From assembly GCA_013239625.1 (NCBI GenBank), contig MU054001.1:3292151-3356150 (forward strand): DNA of 64,000 bases. Direction: 5' to 3'. A program made the translations under genes and the position numbers. The notes under the pieces were generated by a model that saw nothing but the letters and a program-made list of their open reading frames with translations, did not search any database and was not told the origin of the DNA. The DNA comes from Lama guanicoe (Eukaryota). Numbering within the stretch: position 1 is the first letter of the stretch; each line of letters starts with the position of its first letter. Positions 23,581 through 35,955 of the stretch are shown here, piece by piece.

Positions 23581-25049
23581 GTCATATTTACCTATCAGAG
23601 GAAGATGGATGGATGGATGGATAGATAGGTAGATATTGATTCATCAGTCTGCAGGTGTAGATTTTGTTTTTTCACTTGGATAAGGGCAGTGGGGACCACT
23701 ATGTAAGAGAAGGAGCTTGTGTGTTTGAGACCCGTAACCTTACCTTGGGCAGAGAGCACATTCAGCATCGCCGTGGTTTCCACCAGTGCACACACGAACG
23801 TGTGCTTGACTACCTATGAGCCCCACCACCGCTCGGTTAATGATCTTTCCACAGGGTATGTGTGTGCACTTGTGCATTCAAATGAGGACTTGTCACGCAG
23901 AAATAAAGTCATTCACATGAACAGACTTTAGCGGCTGACTAAGGATACCGCTTCATGGTAGACAGAGCTCACTAGTCACCTAACTTTTTTTTTTTTAAGT
24001 CAAATTATTTCTTTATGTGTGAGAGAAACTATGTCCTTTGATCACAGCCATTCAGACGGGATTAAATAACAGCAAATCTCAGGGACTGGAGCGTTACTCC
24101 TGGCTCTGTCACCAAATAGCTGTGGGACCTTGGCCAGGCCATTTCTCCATTCTGGGTTTCATTTGGGACTATTGCTATGAAATAAGGGCTTTGGACCAGA
24201 TAACCTTTATATTATTCTTTACACACAATGTTCTACTTTTTTTTTCTAGAATGATGTCTGTCTGGTCAATATTCTATGATTCTCTTCTGGAAACAAATAT
24301 ATGAATAGCTAACAGGAGGTAGGAAACCCTCACTACAAAACATTCTCTGTGTGAAATTGTCTTGCTGTTTCTTAAACTAAATTCCAAGGATCAATGTGTT
24401 ATGCTTCAATCGAACTTCCATTTGCCTCATAGGTGTGAGAGCACCGATCAGACCCGAAATACGTTCAGTCTCTGTTGATGAATGATTGTCATTAAGTACC
24501 TTCATGACCCAGCAGCAGACTGGCCACTTCTGTGGCAAACAAACAAATATACAATTTTTACAACTGAAACTGGAGTTCTCTTTCATCCTCTGACTTCAAC
24601 GGTGAAAATATAATAACTGGAATCATACTATTTCTAAGGAAAACACCAAGCAGCTTCTATTTATTGTATTTTAATATAGTTTGACAATTTACAAAACCAA
24701 GAAAACTTCCAAGAAATGTAACAAAATTCCCTAAGAAAGTTTCCTCAAATTACCATAAAATATTTTTTAAAAGATTCATAATCCCAACAGCAGTCATGAG
24801 AAAATTTTTTTAATGCATTACAAAATCAGAGGATTTGGATGGGGCAAACATTTTTTTTTTAGATTACTTCACAATCTTTAAAAAACCCACCAATTTGAAA
24901 AAATGGAGGAGCTGGAAGTTTGTTTTTGAATCAGTTTTATTATATGTTGAACTAGTAGCCATTATCCATGTGTTTTAGCTTGAAAGCTAATTATGCCAGA
25001 TTAGAAATACTAAAGCAACAAACAAAAATCTTCTGATTTTAAGATAAGG

Positions 25050-25051
<2 letters not shown>

Positions 25052-25081
<30 letters not shown>
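25052..25081. repeat. (TG)15 microsatellite
   Basis: Direct reading; followed by a mostly alternating cgagcgcacgcatgtgc. Confidence 0.95.
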
Positions 25082-25085
<4 letters not shown>

Positions 25086-25559
25086 CGCACGCATGTGCTT
25101 TTTTAGCTTAATAATCATAAGATAGCTTCAGTACCTCCAGACTCCTACCTTCTTTTATATTTCATTTGAAAGGACTTCCTCTTGCCCCAGGGAGCCCCCA
25201 GGACGATCACTGGAAGGTCCCCATGAAAAAGGAGGTTGAACAAGAAATGGTTCAGCTGTCCATCTATACCTGCCACATGTGTCCTGTATCACACTGATAC
25301 TGAGTGACAGTCAACTCTCAAGTGATGCTTGGTGATATTTGCTACTTTTATTAACACCAGCGAACTATCTAATAGGCTTATTTCCTGTGAATCCCAAGCC
25401 TGGAGTCCTGGGCACCCTTCTCCTTATAGAGTTAATTTTACGTGTTTTGAAGTTTCAGATGTATAATTGTGAGAACTGATCTTACCTGCTTTAACACACA
25501 GAGGACTGAGTAGATGCTTACTCCTTTTTCTCATCGGCAATTATCTCAGCTTTTGCTAG

Positions 25560-26345
25560 TAATACACCATTTTTCTTTTGTACAGTGAAACTACCCTCTT
25601 CTCAGTCCATGGAGTTTAGGGTGAATAACCCCATCTCCAAGCTCCAAAGGTGTCAAGTGGCCTGAGCCTGGTCAGTCAATCAGTGCATAGCCCTCTTTCC
25701 CAAGAGACTGGCTCAGAGAGGGTCTTCGCCATGTCTGGCTGCTGCAACAAAATATCTAGACTGATTAACTTATAGATAACAGACATCTCATAGTTCAGGA
25801 GGCTGGAAGTCCAAGATTGGGGTACCAGCATGGTCAAGTTTTGGTCAGAGCTCTCTTTTGGATTTTAGACTGCTGCCTTGTTGTAGCCACACATGGCCGA
25901 GAGCAGAGAGGGGAAGTAAGCTCTCTCATGACTTGTAAGGGCACCAATCCCATCCATGAGGGCTCCACCCTTGTGACCTCATCTAATCCAGATCACTTCC
26001 ACGAGGGACCACTACCATTACATTGGAGGGGACAGCGCTTCATCATACGAATTAGAAGGAGGGGGACAGACATTCAGCCCACAACAGAAAGGTCATACTA
26101 TTAAGAGAAACCAAAGAAAACTTTTCATGGACCTTTGCTGGAACCATAAAAAAGAAATGCCCTCTGTCTCCTGGGGATGTTAGGCTGGTATAATGTAATA
26201 ACCTGCATCTTCTGCCAGTGACCTCTACAGTGGGAGAGCCTGCCTGATGACAGAACACAGGGAAACAGAGAGGCAAACCGCAAAAAGGGGAGAGACAGAG
26301 AGAGAGAGAATTCTGATGACCCCATTTCAGCATCTGAATCCTCCC
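25560..26345 (+). mobile_element. Old MaLR LTR (MLT1K/L-like), split by a younger MLT1
   Basis: ctcagtccatgg...cctggtcagtcaatcagtgcatag...gactggctcagag | ...tgggagagcctgcctga...gagagaattctgatgac...catctgaatcc. Confidence 0.6.
25721..26086 (-). mobile_element. MLT1A-like MaLR solo LTR
   Basis: ctcatagttcaggaggctggaagtccaagat...taagggcaccaatcccatccatgagggctccacccttgtgacct...acattcagcccacaaca; 5-bp TSD gagag/gaaag (1 mismatch). Confidence 0.88.
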
Positions 26346-26379
26346 TTTATTGCCTGATCTATTCAGTTATAACAACCCC

Positions 26380-26985
26380 ACAGTGGTTATCGAGTGCTCA
26401 GTGCACGCAACGCTCTGTGCTAAGTACTGGGGTGGCAGAGAACGAGTCAGATATTACCCTGTCTTGGGGGGAACCCAGCCTAGTTGGAAAGCAGGCCAAT
26501 AATCACCAATTAAACAATGCACTGTCAGAATCCACCCAGGTACATATAATAAAGGAGCAGTGCAGAACAGTCTAGGTGGTCAAAGGACATCCCCAAAGGA
26601 CTTTACAAGTAAATTGAACTCAAAAAGATAAATTAAAGGGGAAAAAAAGTGGAAAGAGAGGTCCAAGTAGATGGAAGGGGAGATGCAAAGATCCTAGGGT
26701 AGAAACAAGTATGGTATGTTGCTGGAACTCAGAGATGCCTGGCAGGGCTGGAGCAAAGAGGAAACAAGGAGAGGGTCATGTGAACAGACTGGGAAGTAGG
26801 CAGAATGAGGGCATGCTTAGTCTACGGGCCACGCTGAGAATTTTGACCTTCATCTTCATGCAATGACAGTAAGGGTTTTAAGAAGAGGTGTGACGTGACC
26901 TTATCTGTATTACACAGGTAACATTTTATAAGGTGAAAAATGTATCAGAGAAGGAAGAGTGGATTGGGGAAGAAGTTGAATGTGC
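26380..26985 (-). mobile_element. L2 fragment
   Basis: tatcgagtgctcagtgcacgcaacgctctgtgctaagtactgggg...atgcaaagatcctagggtagaaacaagtatggtatgttg...gggttttaagaagaggtgtgacgtgacc. Confidence 0.7.
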
Positions 26986-28084
26986 CTGGAATGGCTTATG
27001 GAACTGAAAAAATATATTTCTATAAAATGAGCTTCGTCATTTTCCCCAGACCATAGACCCCATAAGTGTCAGAGCCAGATGGGATCTGGAGAGTGAACCC
27101 AAAGCCAGGTTCTTAACCACCGTGCAATGAGGAACATAAACTAAAAGACATTTTCTACAGTAGAATTATTAGATGATTAATCAATTGTTAGCAACAGTTG
27201 GCTCTTTCAAACTTTTCCATTTGGTTTTCCCCTCCTTTTTTATTTTTTTAAATAATGGTTGCACAATTCTTTAATGTGATTCAAGCAAAAATCCACTTGC
27301 TATTTGTGTGGCAAAGTTCAAAAACTCCGTATTGTGTCATCACTTTTAAAAAATGTATGACCAAGAACCCTTAGCAGATTCCAGAAACCTTTGAACTTCA
27401 GTTTGTTGAATATTGTAGTTTATGTTCTCTCTAATTTGTCCCGAACCATTTGTACCTTGGATTATTAATCTATAACCAAACACAGCTCTGGTAACCCTCC
27501 CCCCACATACACACAGCAGTGATGCCGGGAACATGACCAAATCCATGATCTTTTCTTTGAATTCTGTCAATATATTTATTTCACATCTTTATTCTGGCTT
27601 CTTTCTCCCTTTGTATTTCACGGAAAAACTTTCCAGATAAGATCAGGACTGCTTTGTCATTCATCAGCCGTAATCAAGTCTGACTCAAGAGCAGAGTTCA
27701 AAAACATATTTTTTTTTCCACACCCAGCTGCAGAAAAGCTAAGAAAACAAAACTGTAGGCCACAAATCTCTGCCTTTATATTTGTGTGTATAAGCATATT
27801 ATGATGCTTCTTTGGTGGATTCACAGTGTAAATTAATACACATTCATGGAGACTGGAACATAGGTGAGCTACTGACATATGACTTGAATCTGAAAGGTTA
27901 GTTCCTAGAAGGTGAAGTCTGAGTGTCTGCAGAGCAAGCAGCTCAGGGGCTGAATGCCCGCATGCCAGGCTCTAAGAGAACACTGTGTCACCCCTCAGGC
28001 GCCCTCTGTACCTGCTCCTCCGTTTCGTCATATGTCCAGCTTGGGCAACAACAGTCCAGATCTCATAACGGTTCATCCTGTAAC

Positions 28085-28620
28085 TAGTCAATGAGTATTT
28101 ATTGAGTACCTAGTGTACCAGGCACTTCCACTGGCACTGGGATACTAAATTCACTCCATCCTGGAGCTGACATTCTCACAGGAGTCAGAGACAATATGCA
28201 AACGTATCAACAAGGTGATCTCAAACAGTGATAACTCTATGATAAAAATGAAATAAAATCATGGGAAGAGAAATGAACAGGGACTTCAGATTTTTTGATA
28301 GGTCTCCAGATAGATTTGCCATCTGAAGAGCTGACATTCAAACTCAGCCACTGATGAGAAGAAAGAATTAACTATGTAAACATCTGGGGGACAGAAGGCC
28401 ACGAAGAAGAAATGGCCAAGCCCCATTTGTGAAATGAAAAAGGCCACACTATTGAAGCAGAGAGTGTGGGTAAGATGGTAGGGGGTGATGGTTGAAGGCA
28501 GGAGGGGCCAAAATCATGTGCGACCTTGAAGATCAAGTAAGGAATCTGGACTTTGATCCAAGTGCAATGAGAAATCACTAGAAAGCTTTAATCTCAGGGG
28601 TAACACTGTCTGATTAACAA
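28085..28620 (-). mobile_element. L2 fragment
   Basis: gtatttattgagtacctagtgtaccaggcact...ctggagctgacattct...aagtgcaatgagaaatcactagaaagctttaatctcaggggtaacactgtctgatt. Confidence 0.8.
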
Positions 28621-28809
28621 CAGTGAAGAGTCTGCCTCCCAATTCTTTCTGTTGGTAGAGACTTTCAGCCTGAAGCTCACATGGCACAGGCACCTGAAAG
28701 TAAGTGGCTCCTGATCCAATGGCTTCCAAAGTATTGAAAGTGAGTTTTCTGCTTGTGTGCCAAGACCCGCAGCCAAGATGATGCTTTGGATTCCCCTCAG
28801 CTGTACTAA

Positions 28810-29280
28810 GTGGTACATGTTCAGCTTTTGCCAATGAAAGTTCCCCAATTGTAGTGACTTTAAACAAGATAGAAGTTTATTTCCCTGGATGGTCCAGAAC
28901 TAATACGGAGCCTCAGTGGTGTTAAGGACACAAACTTTCTCTCTTTCTCTGTTGTCCTGCCAACGCCCACATGCAGCTTCTTCCTCAAGACTATAACAGC
29001 TACCAGCTGCCCTCCTGGTTTCTGCCACCACATCCACATTTCAGTCAGACAGAGCGGGGAGGGGGAAAGGGGAGAGAACACTCTTCCCTTTTAGGGTCAC
29101 CGTCTGGAAGTCACATAGATCATTTCCATTCACTTCTCATTGACCAGAACCTTCTGGTGTGGCCACGCCTACCTTACAGAGAGGCTGGGAAGTGTAGTTT
29201 TCAGCCAAGCAACTTTGTACCAGGATAAAACTTTTCTTATTATAAAAGGAACTAAGAAGGATAATTCTGGTTTCTGCCAT
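28810..29280 (-). mobile_element. MLT1J-like MaLR LTR
   Basis: gtgactttaaacaagatagaagtttatttc...cacatccacatttcag...ctcattgaccagaac...tggccacgcctaccttacagagaggctgggaagtgtagtttt. Confidence 0.75.
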
Positions 29281-30029
29281 CACTTCCACCCAATACAATA
29301 GCAGCTGGGATTGCCTTCAGCTCTTGGAGAACCAGCTTTGTTAAAAGAAGTTCTGTTCCCAAAGGACCAATTAATAAAGTAAACAGTAATCGTAAATAAT
29401 TAATAAAAATAACTAAGTCATTGAGATATCACCGTACATTGGTAATTCTTCCCTACACAATCCTCTCTCTGTGCTGCATGCAAACAGCAGGGTTGGTTTT
29501 TTGGTTTTTTCCTAATTAAAAAAAAAATACTAAACAAACGTGTCACTGTTCATTCTCCTCTCTCAGGGCCTGCGCTTTGTGCTGTCTTCCTAGAAATGGG
29601 GCGAGATTTGTACTGTTTTATTTCTATTTCTTCATCTGGTCCCCTTTCTGTAATTAGCAGCATGCAAAGTCAGCTTGTTTGGGATGCAAAGTGTCCTTTT
29701 GCACGTTAAGCAAAATAATTATAAACCATTCATTATTAATTTGTAATTTTAAAAGCATCAGCATTGCTACAATTGTGTTAACAAAACTTTAACCCATGGC
29801 CCCCATTTTGGGTGTGATATTAGTATGTGTACCAAGATCATTTTCCTAACACATTTAAAATGTTTTGAGTATTTACTATGTGTAGTCAGTGTATAGACAC
29901 TTGAAAGTTACTCCCTGTCTATATTCAAATGGGTAAAACAAGGTTGTGACTACAGGCTATCAAGAGAATCAGGGTTTTAGCAATTAATCTGTAGGTTCCA
30001 TTAATGTAGATGGATATTAGAGGAATTCA

Positions 30030-30165
30030 GTTGTATGACAGCAAGAGAATTGGAGCCGAAGTCAAGAAATCAACATGCTGGCTGTGCCAGTGACTTCCCA
30101 TAGGATCTTACATCACTTTCATTCTCTAGTATTTAGGTTTCTCATTTGTGAAATGAGGATGGACT
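30030..30165 (+). mobile_element. MIR fragment
   Basis: ttggagccgaagtcaagaaa...catcactttcattctctagtatttaggtttctcatttgtgaaatgaggatgg. Confidence 0.6.
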
Positions 30166-31424
30166 CTACTTTGCATTAGCCAATGCCTGATATAGTGCTG
30201 CTCTTTCCACACTGCTTGCCCACGCAGACAACACTAATCAATCACAGTGTTTCTTTTCTGCACATAGATGCAAACTTCTCTCAACACAGTTCTCCTTCTA
30301 CCAGGGTTGGATCAAACGGTGGAAACTTTTTGTCACCCCTGAGTTACATGGCTTCTTAGACCTCTTCCCAGCTTTAACATGTTAGAATCTGATGAAGTTA
30401 AAAAAGAAAAGCAACACAGAAAAATTATGTCAAATTAAGACATCAATCTGATGTGTGACAGTTTGCATCGTGAAATGTTTGGCCTGAAATACGAAACAGT
30501 ACAGCTTTCTGGCCTTTACTAATTAAAGAAGATGGGCGATATATTTTGGAAGAATGATGTGCTATTTCCTTCACCTGAAAGTCAGAGAAGGTTGAGACTA
30601 TAAATGCAAATAACATGCAAATGTACTTCAGGGTCCTTCTGATCTCATACAGCTGAATTCAGCTTCTGGGAAAATATAGAAGATAACTCCAAATCTATAT
30701 TTCCCAAGAGTTAACTTTGAAAGTTTTTAAGAGCTTAACAGAAAAACTGCCACCTTATTAATAAAATAAAACTTGGGTTTTTCAAGTTATTATTGAAGGA
30801 AGAATCTCCATGTTAGGACGGAGGGTGAAATTTGGCAGCTGCGACTTTTAGGCCTGAGAAACATCTTTGCCTTGTGGCTGTCTCTGGGTGCTACTGCAAC
30901 CTCCACCCTGGACCACAGAGAGCTGAAAGGGGTGCCACTGCCCACCACTGCTGTCCCCCCACTGTGGGCACAATCTCTTCCCTTAATCCATCATAGCATT
31001 GAGATGAAGTGGGAGGAGTAAACATAGAGAACTATGGAATAAAGTTGCCTGGCTTGTTCATTTTGGCAAGTTCTCACTTTGGGCAGCTCCTGGCACCTGC
31101 TTTCAGGTGCCAGGGACCATCCCTGGTCCTTGTGCCCCAGAAGCACTGTCAAGTACCTGTCAGAGCTCTCCATAGTAGTCCATGCCAATCAGATCAAGGC
31201 CAAAGATAGACTGGTGTTCCTGTTCCGGCAGATTCCTCTTTTCCATCCTAGGATCTCTCTGGATGAGTGACGGTGAGAATGCCCAACTCTCCCAACAGAT
31301 CTACACATACCCACAGGGTCTGCATACCACTTGAAAACCCATGGATTTAAGGCTGATGGAGACCTTTTAAATAACAGAAATTATTATATGTTAGAAACTG
31401 TTTTTAAAGAAGCTGTAGTTAGGA

Positions 31425-32088
31425 CAGTGTTACTCAGAGGTTCATGTGTGAAGATCACCCAAGGATCTAGTTAACATGTGGATTCTGATTTAGTGCAATG
31501 GGGCTGGAGCTTGAAATTCTGCATTTCTAATGAAGAGTCTCAGGATATTCTACTGCAAAATATGTCACTTTGGCATGAGAATTTTTTGGAACTGAAGGCA
31601 TTTCCTGAAATCCTTTATCTTCCTCAAAGCAGAGCCTCCCAAAAGAACTCAATGGTCATAAATCCCCTCCCCAGAAGCAACTCTAACCTTCTCTGAGAGG
31701 AAGAGTCAGCACCACACCCAAACAGATACTGTCACAAGTCTATCCTATCTCTTGTCTATTCTTCTAAGGGTACGTTTCTCTTTCCAAAAAGTCATTTACT
31801 TTTCCATAAGATGTCTTTCCACTCCTCTCCCCTTTCTCTACTAAGTTAGGTCTTTAGAACCAAATTCTCACCACCCCTTTGAGTTACTCAACACTGAGTT
31901 CTCTCATGTGTACATGCTACACACATTCATAAATCTGTATGCTTTTTTTCTAGGTTGTCAATTTAATTTGCAGGCCCCCAGGGATAGAACTTAAGAGTGT
32001 AGAGTGACAATTTTTCATCCCCTACACTAGTAAGCTCCCAGGTGATGCCAATGCTTCTTATCCTAAAACCACAGTTTGAGTAGCCATG
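31425..32088. mobile_element. MER5A MITE split by a MER34-like LTR
   Basis: Left part ...ggggctggagcttgaaattctgcatttctaa; right part taagctcccaggtgatgccaatgct...accacagtttgagtagc. Confidence 0.8.
31531..32026 (+). mobile_element. MER34-like ERV1 solo LTR
   Basis: tgaagagtctcaggatattctactgcaaaatatgtcactttggcatgagaattttttggaactgaaggca...gtcaatttaatttgcaggccccca...tttttcatcccctaca; TSD ctaa/ctag (1 mismatch). Confidence 0.85.
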
Positions 32089-32446
32089 ACCTAGACATGT
32101 GCCCTGATGTAGATCAGAGGAAAACCACAGTATGGGGTTATCCCAAGAACAAGGAATCAGATGTACTTAACCCATATCTGAGGCTGTTCAAACTACTTCA
32201 CTCCCCCATGTTTAGGACTCAGAAAGACCTAGAGTTCAGACCAAAGAAAGGAGAGCACAGAGGATACATTGAGCAATAAAGTCCAAGATCAGTCCCCAAG
32301 CACAAAGAGCTAGGAGTCCAGAACTAAAGGACCAGTCACCAGAGTCACTGTCAAAAAAGAATTTGATACCCTCATACATTACTCTAGAGGTGACAGGTAA
32401 ACATATCAGATGTTAAAGTATGGATGTTTAACCTGGAGAGGAAAAG

Positions 32447-32629
32447 GTCTGTTACCAGATTGAACAAATAAAAATATAGGACACTCAGTTAAATTTGAGT
32501 TTCAGATTCAAATACATTTCAATATATGTCACACATAATGTTTGGGACCTACTTACACTACAAAGTTTTTCATTTTTAAATCTTAAATCCAGATAGACTG
32601 GGTGCTCTGTATTTTATCTGGACACCCTA
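32447..32629. mobile_element. MER53 palindromic hAT MITE
   Basis: gttaccagattgaacaaataaaaatataggacactcagttaaatttgagtttcagat...actgggtgctctgtattttatctggacacccta. Confidence 0.85.
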
Positions 32630-32678
32630 CTTGAGTGGAACATGGGATAGCTTCAACTCCTTGAAGGATAGGCATGAG

Positions 32679-32858
32679 GCAGTCTTCCATTGCATATGGG
32701 AATCAGCTGGGGAGCTTTAAGCATAATGCTGGTGTCTGGGTCCCCCCCCCCCCGAGAGAGTCTGATATAATTGCTCTAGGGTTCAGTCAGTCTGTGCTGG
32801 CATGTCTAGAAATAGCAGAGGTGATTCAAAGGTACAGCCAAGGTTGACAATCATGGGA
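32679..32858. mobile_element. MER5A-like MITE
   Basis: gaatcagctggggagctttaag...tgtctgggtccc...gagagtctgatataattg...ggtgattcaaaggtacagccaaggttga. Confidence 0.7.
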
Positions 32859-32949
32859 TTAGATTGACATCATCTAGAGCCAGGTGGTGGAACTAGAGCC
32901 ATTGAGAGGCCATGGAAACAGAAGTGTTGGTGGGATTTTTGGATATATA

Positions 32950-33483
32950 TATAGTTTTAACTGAAGTCTAGTCAGTTTACAATGTGTCAATTTCTGGTGT
33001 ACAGCATAATGCTTCAGTCATACATGAACATACATATATTTGTTTTCATATTCTTTTTCACTGTAAGTTACAAGATATTAAATATAGTTCCCTGTGCTAT
33101 ATATACAGTATGAACTTGCTTATCTATTTTATATATAGCAATTAGTATCCACAAATCTCAAACTCCCAATTTATTCCTTCCCACTCCTTCTGTCCCTGGT
33201 AACCATAAGTTTGTTTTCTATGTCTGTGAGTATCTTTCTGTTTTGTAAGTAAGTTCCTTTGTCTTTTTTTTTTAAATAGTCCACAGATAAGTAATATCAT
33301 ATGGTATTTTTCTTTCTCTTTCTGGCTTACTTCACTTAAAATGACAATCTCCAGAACCATTCATGTTGCTGCAAATGGCATTATGTTGTCTGGTTTTTAT
33401 GGCTGAGTAGTATTCCATTGTATAAATATACCACAACTACTTTATCCAGTCATCTGTCGATGGACATTTCGGTTGTTTCCATG
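32950..33483 (-). mobile_element. Artiodactyl/camelid L1 3' end including the ORF2p C-terminus
   Basis: Minus-strand ORF 33142-33360 begins LEIVILSEVSQKEKEKYHMILLICG, the L1 ORF2p C-terminal motif; 3' UTR very similar to the copies at 35.7 and 58.5 kb. Confidence 0.92.
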
Positions 33484-33789
33484 AGATAGAAGAATTTTGA
33501 CTCTTTCTGTGAACTTTCAAACCAAAGAGTTCAAATTGCCTCGAGAGGTAGTGAGCCTTCTGTCACATGAAGGGTGCAAGCAGTGGCTTGATGTTCTCCT
33601 AAATGCAATTTGTTTTCAAAGGAAACTCATGGGGTAGGATTGGGGAGGGTAGTGGCTGAAGGGATGGCTATAGCCGTTCCAATTTTGAAATCTCAGGATC
33701 AGCTTATTTGCTAGATTAAAAAAAATTAGATAAATGTTATACGATGATATGCAAAGAAATGCCAAATATATATATTAGTGCTTGCAAAA

Positions 33790-33965
33790 AAAATGGTGCA
33801 ATCTGAGTAAGGTCTGTAGTTCATATAATGCCATGAATTTCCTGGTTTTGCTAGTGCACTGTAGATGTCACCATTAGTAGAAGCCGGGTGTTGGGCACAC
33901 AGGACCTCACTGTACTGTTTTCACATCTTCTTGTGATTCTATAATTATTTCAAAATAAAAAAGTT
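33790..33965 (+). mobile_element. Old L1M 3' end
   Basis: aatctgagtaaggtctgtagtt...aatttcctggttttgctagtgcactgtagatgtcaccatt...tctataattatttcaaaataaaaagtt. Confidence 0.75.
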
Positions 33966-34059
33966 GAAAATAATGAGATCGCATTGAACGACTGTTTCTC
34001 CAGGAGGCCTCCGCAATGGGAGTTAGCATGATTGATCTAAGAGTGTAGGAGGGCTCCCC

Positions 34060-34940
34060 ACTGGAGAGATGCGTGTCCCTCTCTCACTCGCCTCCGAGCG
34101 GACATCCTCCTCTCTTGAATTCTTGGGGCATCAAGCCGGATGGGGGGACCAGAGCCCTTCCCGAGTGTATGTTTACAAATAGAAACAGGGCCAGTGGGTC
34201 ACACTGAAAATAAAGCCACCCAAGCTTTCCCGGGCAGTGTTTCTAGAAGGTTGGTGGGGGTGGGGGGCGGGGGCGGGTACGTCATCATATTCCAGCTTTA
34301 ATTAGCAATACAATGAACTAATAATAAAAATGAAAGCCAATACTGAGTCAAGATGAGGTAACAGCAGCGGCCTGCAGTGACTGCTCGTGGGTGTTGAGTG
34401 TGCGTATTTTTAGATAACGACTTATTCTGCCCGTGGTAATTAGGGCCCCAAGGGGGTTGCGGATTTTTTTTTTTTCTTTCAAGGTTGGCAAGTGTAAGGA
34501 GGCGGCGGCTAAAATTCCCACACATCTGGGGCACACAGATCCCGCGCTCCAATTTCCTGTCGGCAGCCCCGGTTTCTTGCGGAATTACTTGCTAAGTAAA
34601 TGATTGTTATAAGCCTATGAAGATCTGGTCAATCAAATTAACCCCTTTTGTCCATCGCCTCCCTCTCCCCCCACCCCAACGGTTCGCTTCATTTGCCTCA
34701 ACTCGGTGGCTTTTTGAAAATGTGCTGGAGCTGGAAGGCCCCAGCCTCCCTCACACTGGCGAAGTGTAACCGGAGCGGGAACCGAGGCCCCCAATTGTTT
34801 TGCTAATCAAGATTATTGCCCCATTGAGATGTGGCGGCACAGCCTGGCTGACAAAATTTGTCAGTTTCCCATGAAATAGTTCTGTCAGTTTAGCCCGGGT
34901 GCTGGCAACTATTAACATATAAATGAAGTTTCTCCCTCCT
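34060..34940. promoter_or_regulatory. Candidate CpG-retaining conserved non-coding element / developmental enhancer
   Basis: Repeat-free; about 21 CpGs in 34321-34800; G4 motif 34256-34277; TAATTAG at 34299 and 34437; inverted TGACA pair 34848-34864. Conservation not tested. Confidence 0.55.
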
Positions 34941-35649
34941 CCGCTACCCCTTCCCCCCACCCTTCAGCCACTCACCCTAATGGATGCAGAGAAAATATAA
35001 ACACACACACCCCCACCCCCAGCTCCCAAAACCTCTATGTGCTTAAATCAAACCAGCTTCTTTCTCTCTGGGGCCTGGAAATCCTGTGGGCCATGGGGGC
35101 TCCAAAAGAAAGGGGGAGAGGGGCTAGGGGGAGCTGATTTGCACAAAACTACTTTTAAGGCAGGAAACTGCCAAGCCCTAGTTCCCCGCTGACGGCCAAC
35201 AGGCAACTGGCTGAGCCAGTGACAGTGCAAATGGCCGTCTGAGGCCAGCGCAGACCTCCAAGGCAGCCCTCGGCACAGAGTGGCAAAGTGGAACACAGGC
35301 TTTGAAAGAGTTATCTCGCTCGGGGTCAGACACCGAAGATCACTTGCGAGCTTCGCTGCCTGTCAGCAGGACAGGGGCTGGGTGAAAACTCGGAGTCTGT
35401 CTCCCCCCACCCCTGCCACCCTTGCTAGCCCTTCTCACACTGCCTGCTGGATTCTGGGGCGAGGGTGGGGCTGGGCTCTGACCTGGGTTGAGCCTGGCTT
35501 TTACATCTTCACCTTAAAATCAGGACTGCCTTCCCCACAGCATGGCTTGAGGTCTTAGCTGAGCCACAAGAGGCAAGAAAATAAAGTCCACATCTTCCTA
35601 TTTCTTCTGGGATGGAGTGAGAACCGCAAGGAAGAAGACCAAAAATGGA

Positions 35650-35955
35650 TTATTTATATTATTATTATATTATTTTTTTTGCACTAACACAACCAACACT
35701 TTATTTTTTTTTCATTTTCATATTCTTTTTCATCGTAGGTTACTACAAAATACTGAATATAGTTCCCTGTGCTATACAGTAGAAACTTGTTCTTTATCTA
35801 TTTTATATATAGTAGTTAGTATCTGCAGATCTTGAGCTCCCAAGTTATCCCTTCCCTCTCCCTCCCCTTGTCCACCTCCTCCCCCCCACAACCATACGTT
35901 TGCTCTCCATGTCTGTGAGTCTTTTTCTGTTTTGTAAATAAGTTCATTTGGGTCT
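35650..35955 (-). mobile_element. Artiodactyl/camelid L1 3' UTR fragment
   Basis: ttttcatattctttttcat...tatagttccctgtgctatacagtagaaacttg...tgtctgtgagtctttttctgttttgtaaataagttcattt. Confidence 0.85.

Noticed and set aside
33142..33360. ORF with real protein similarity (LEIVILSEVSQKEKEKYHM...)
   Set aside because: It is the C-terminal remnant of L1 ORF2p in a truncated retrotransposon, not a host gene.
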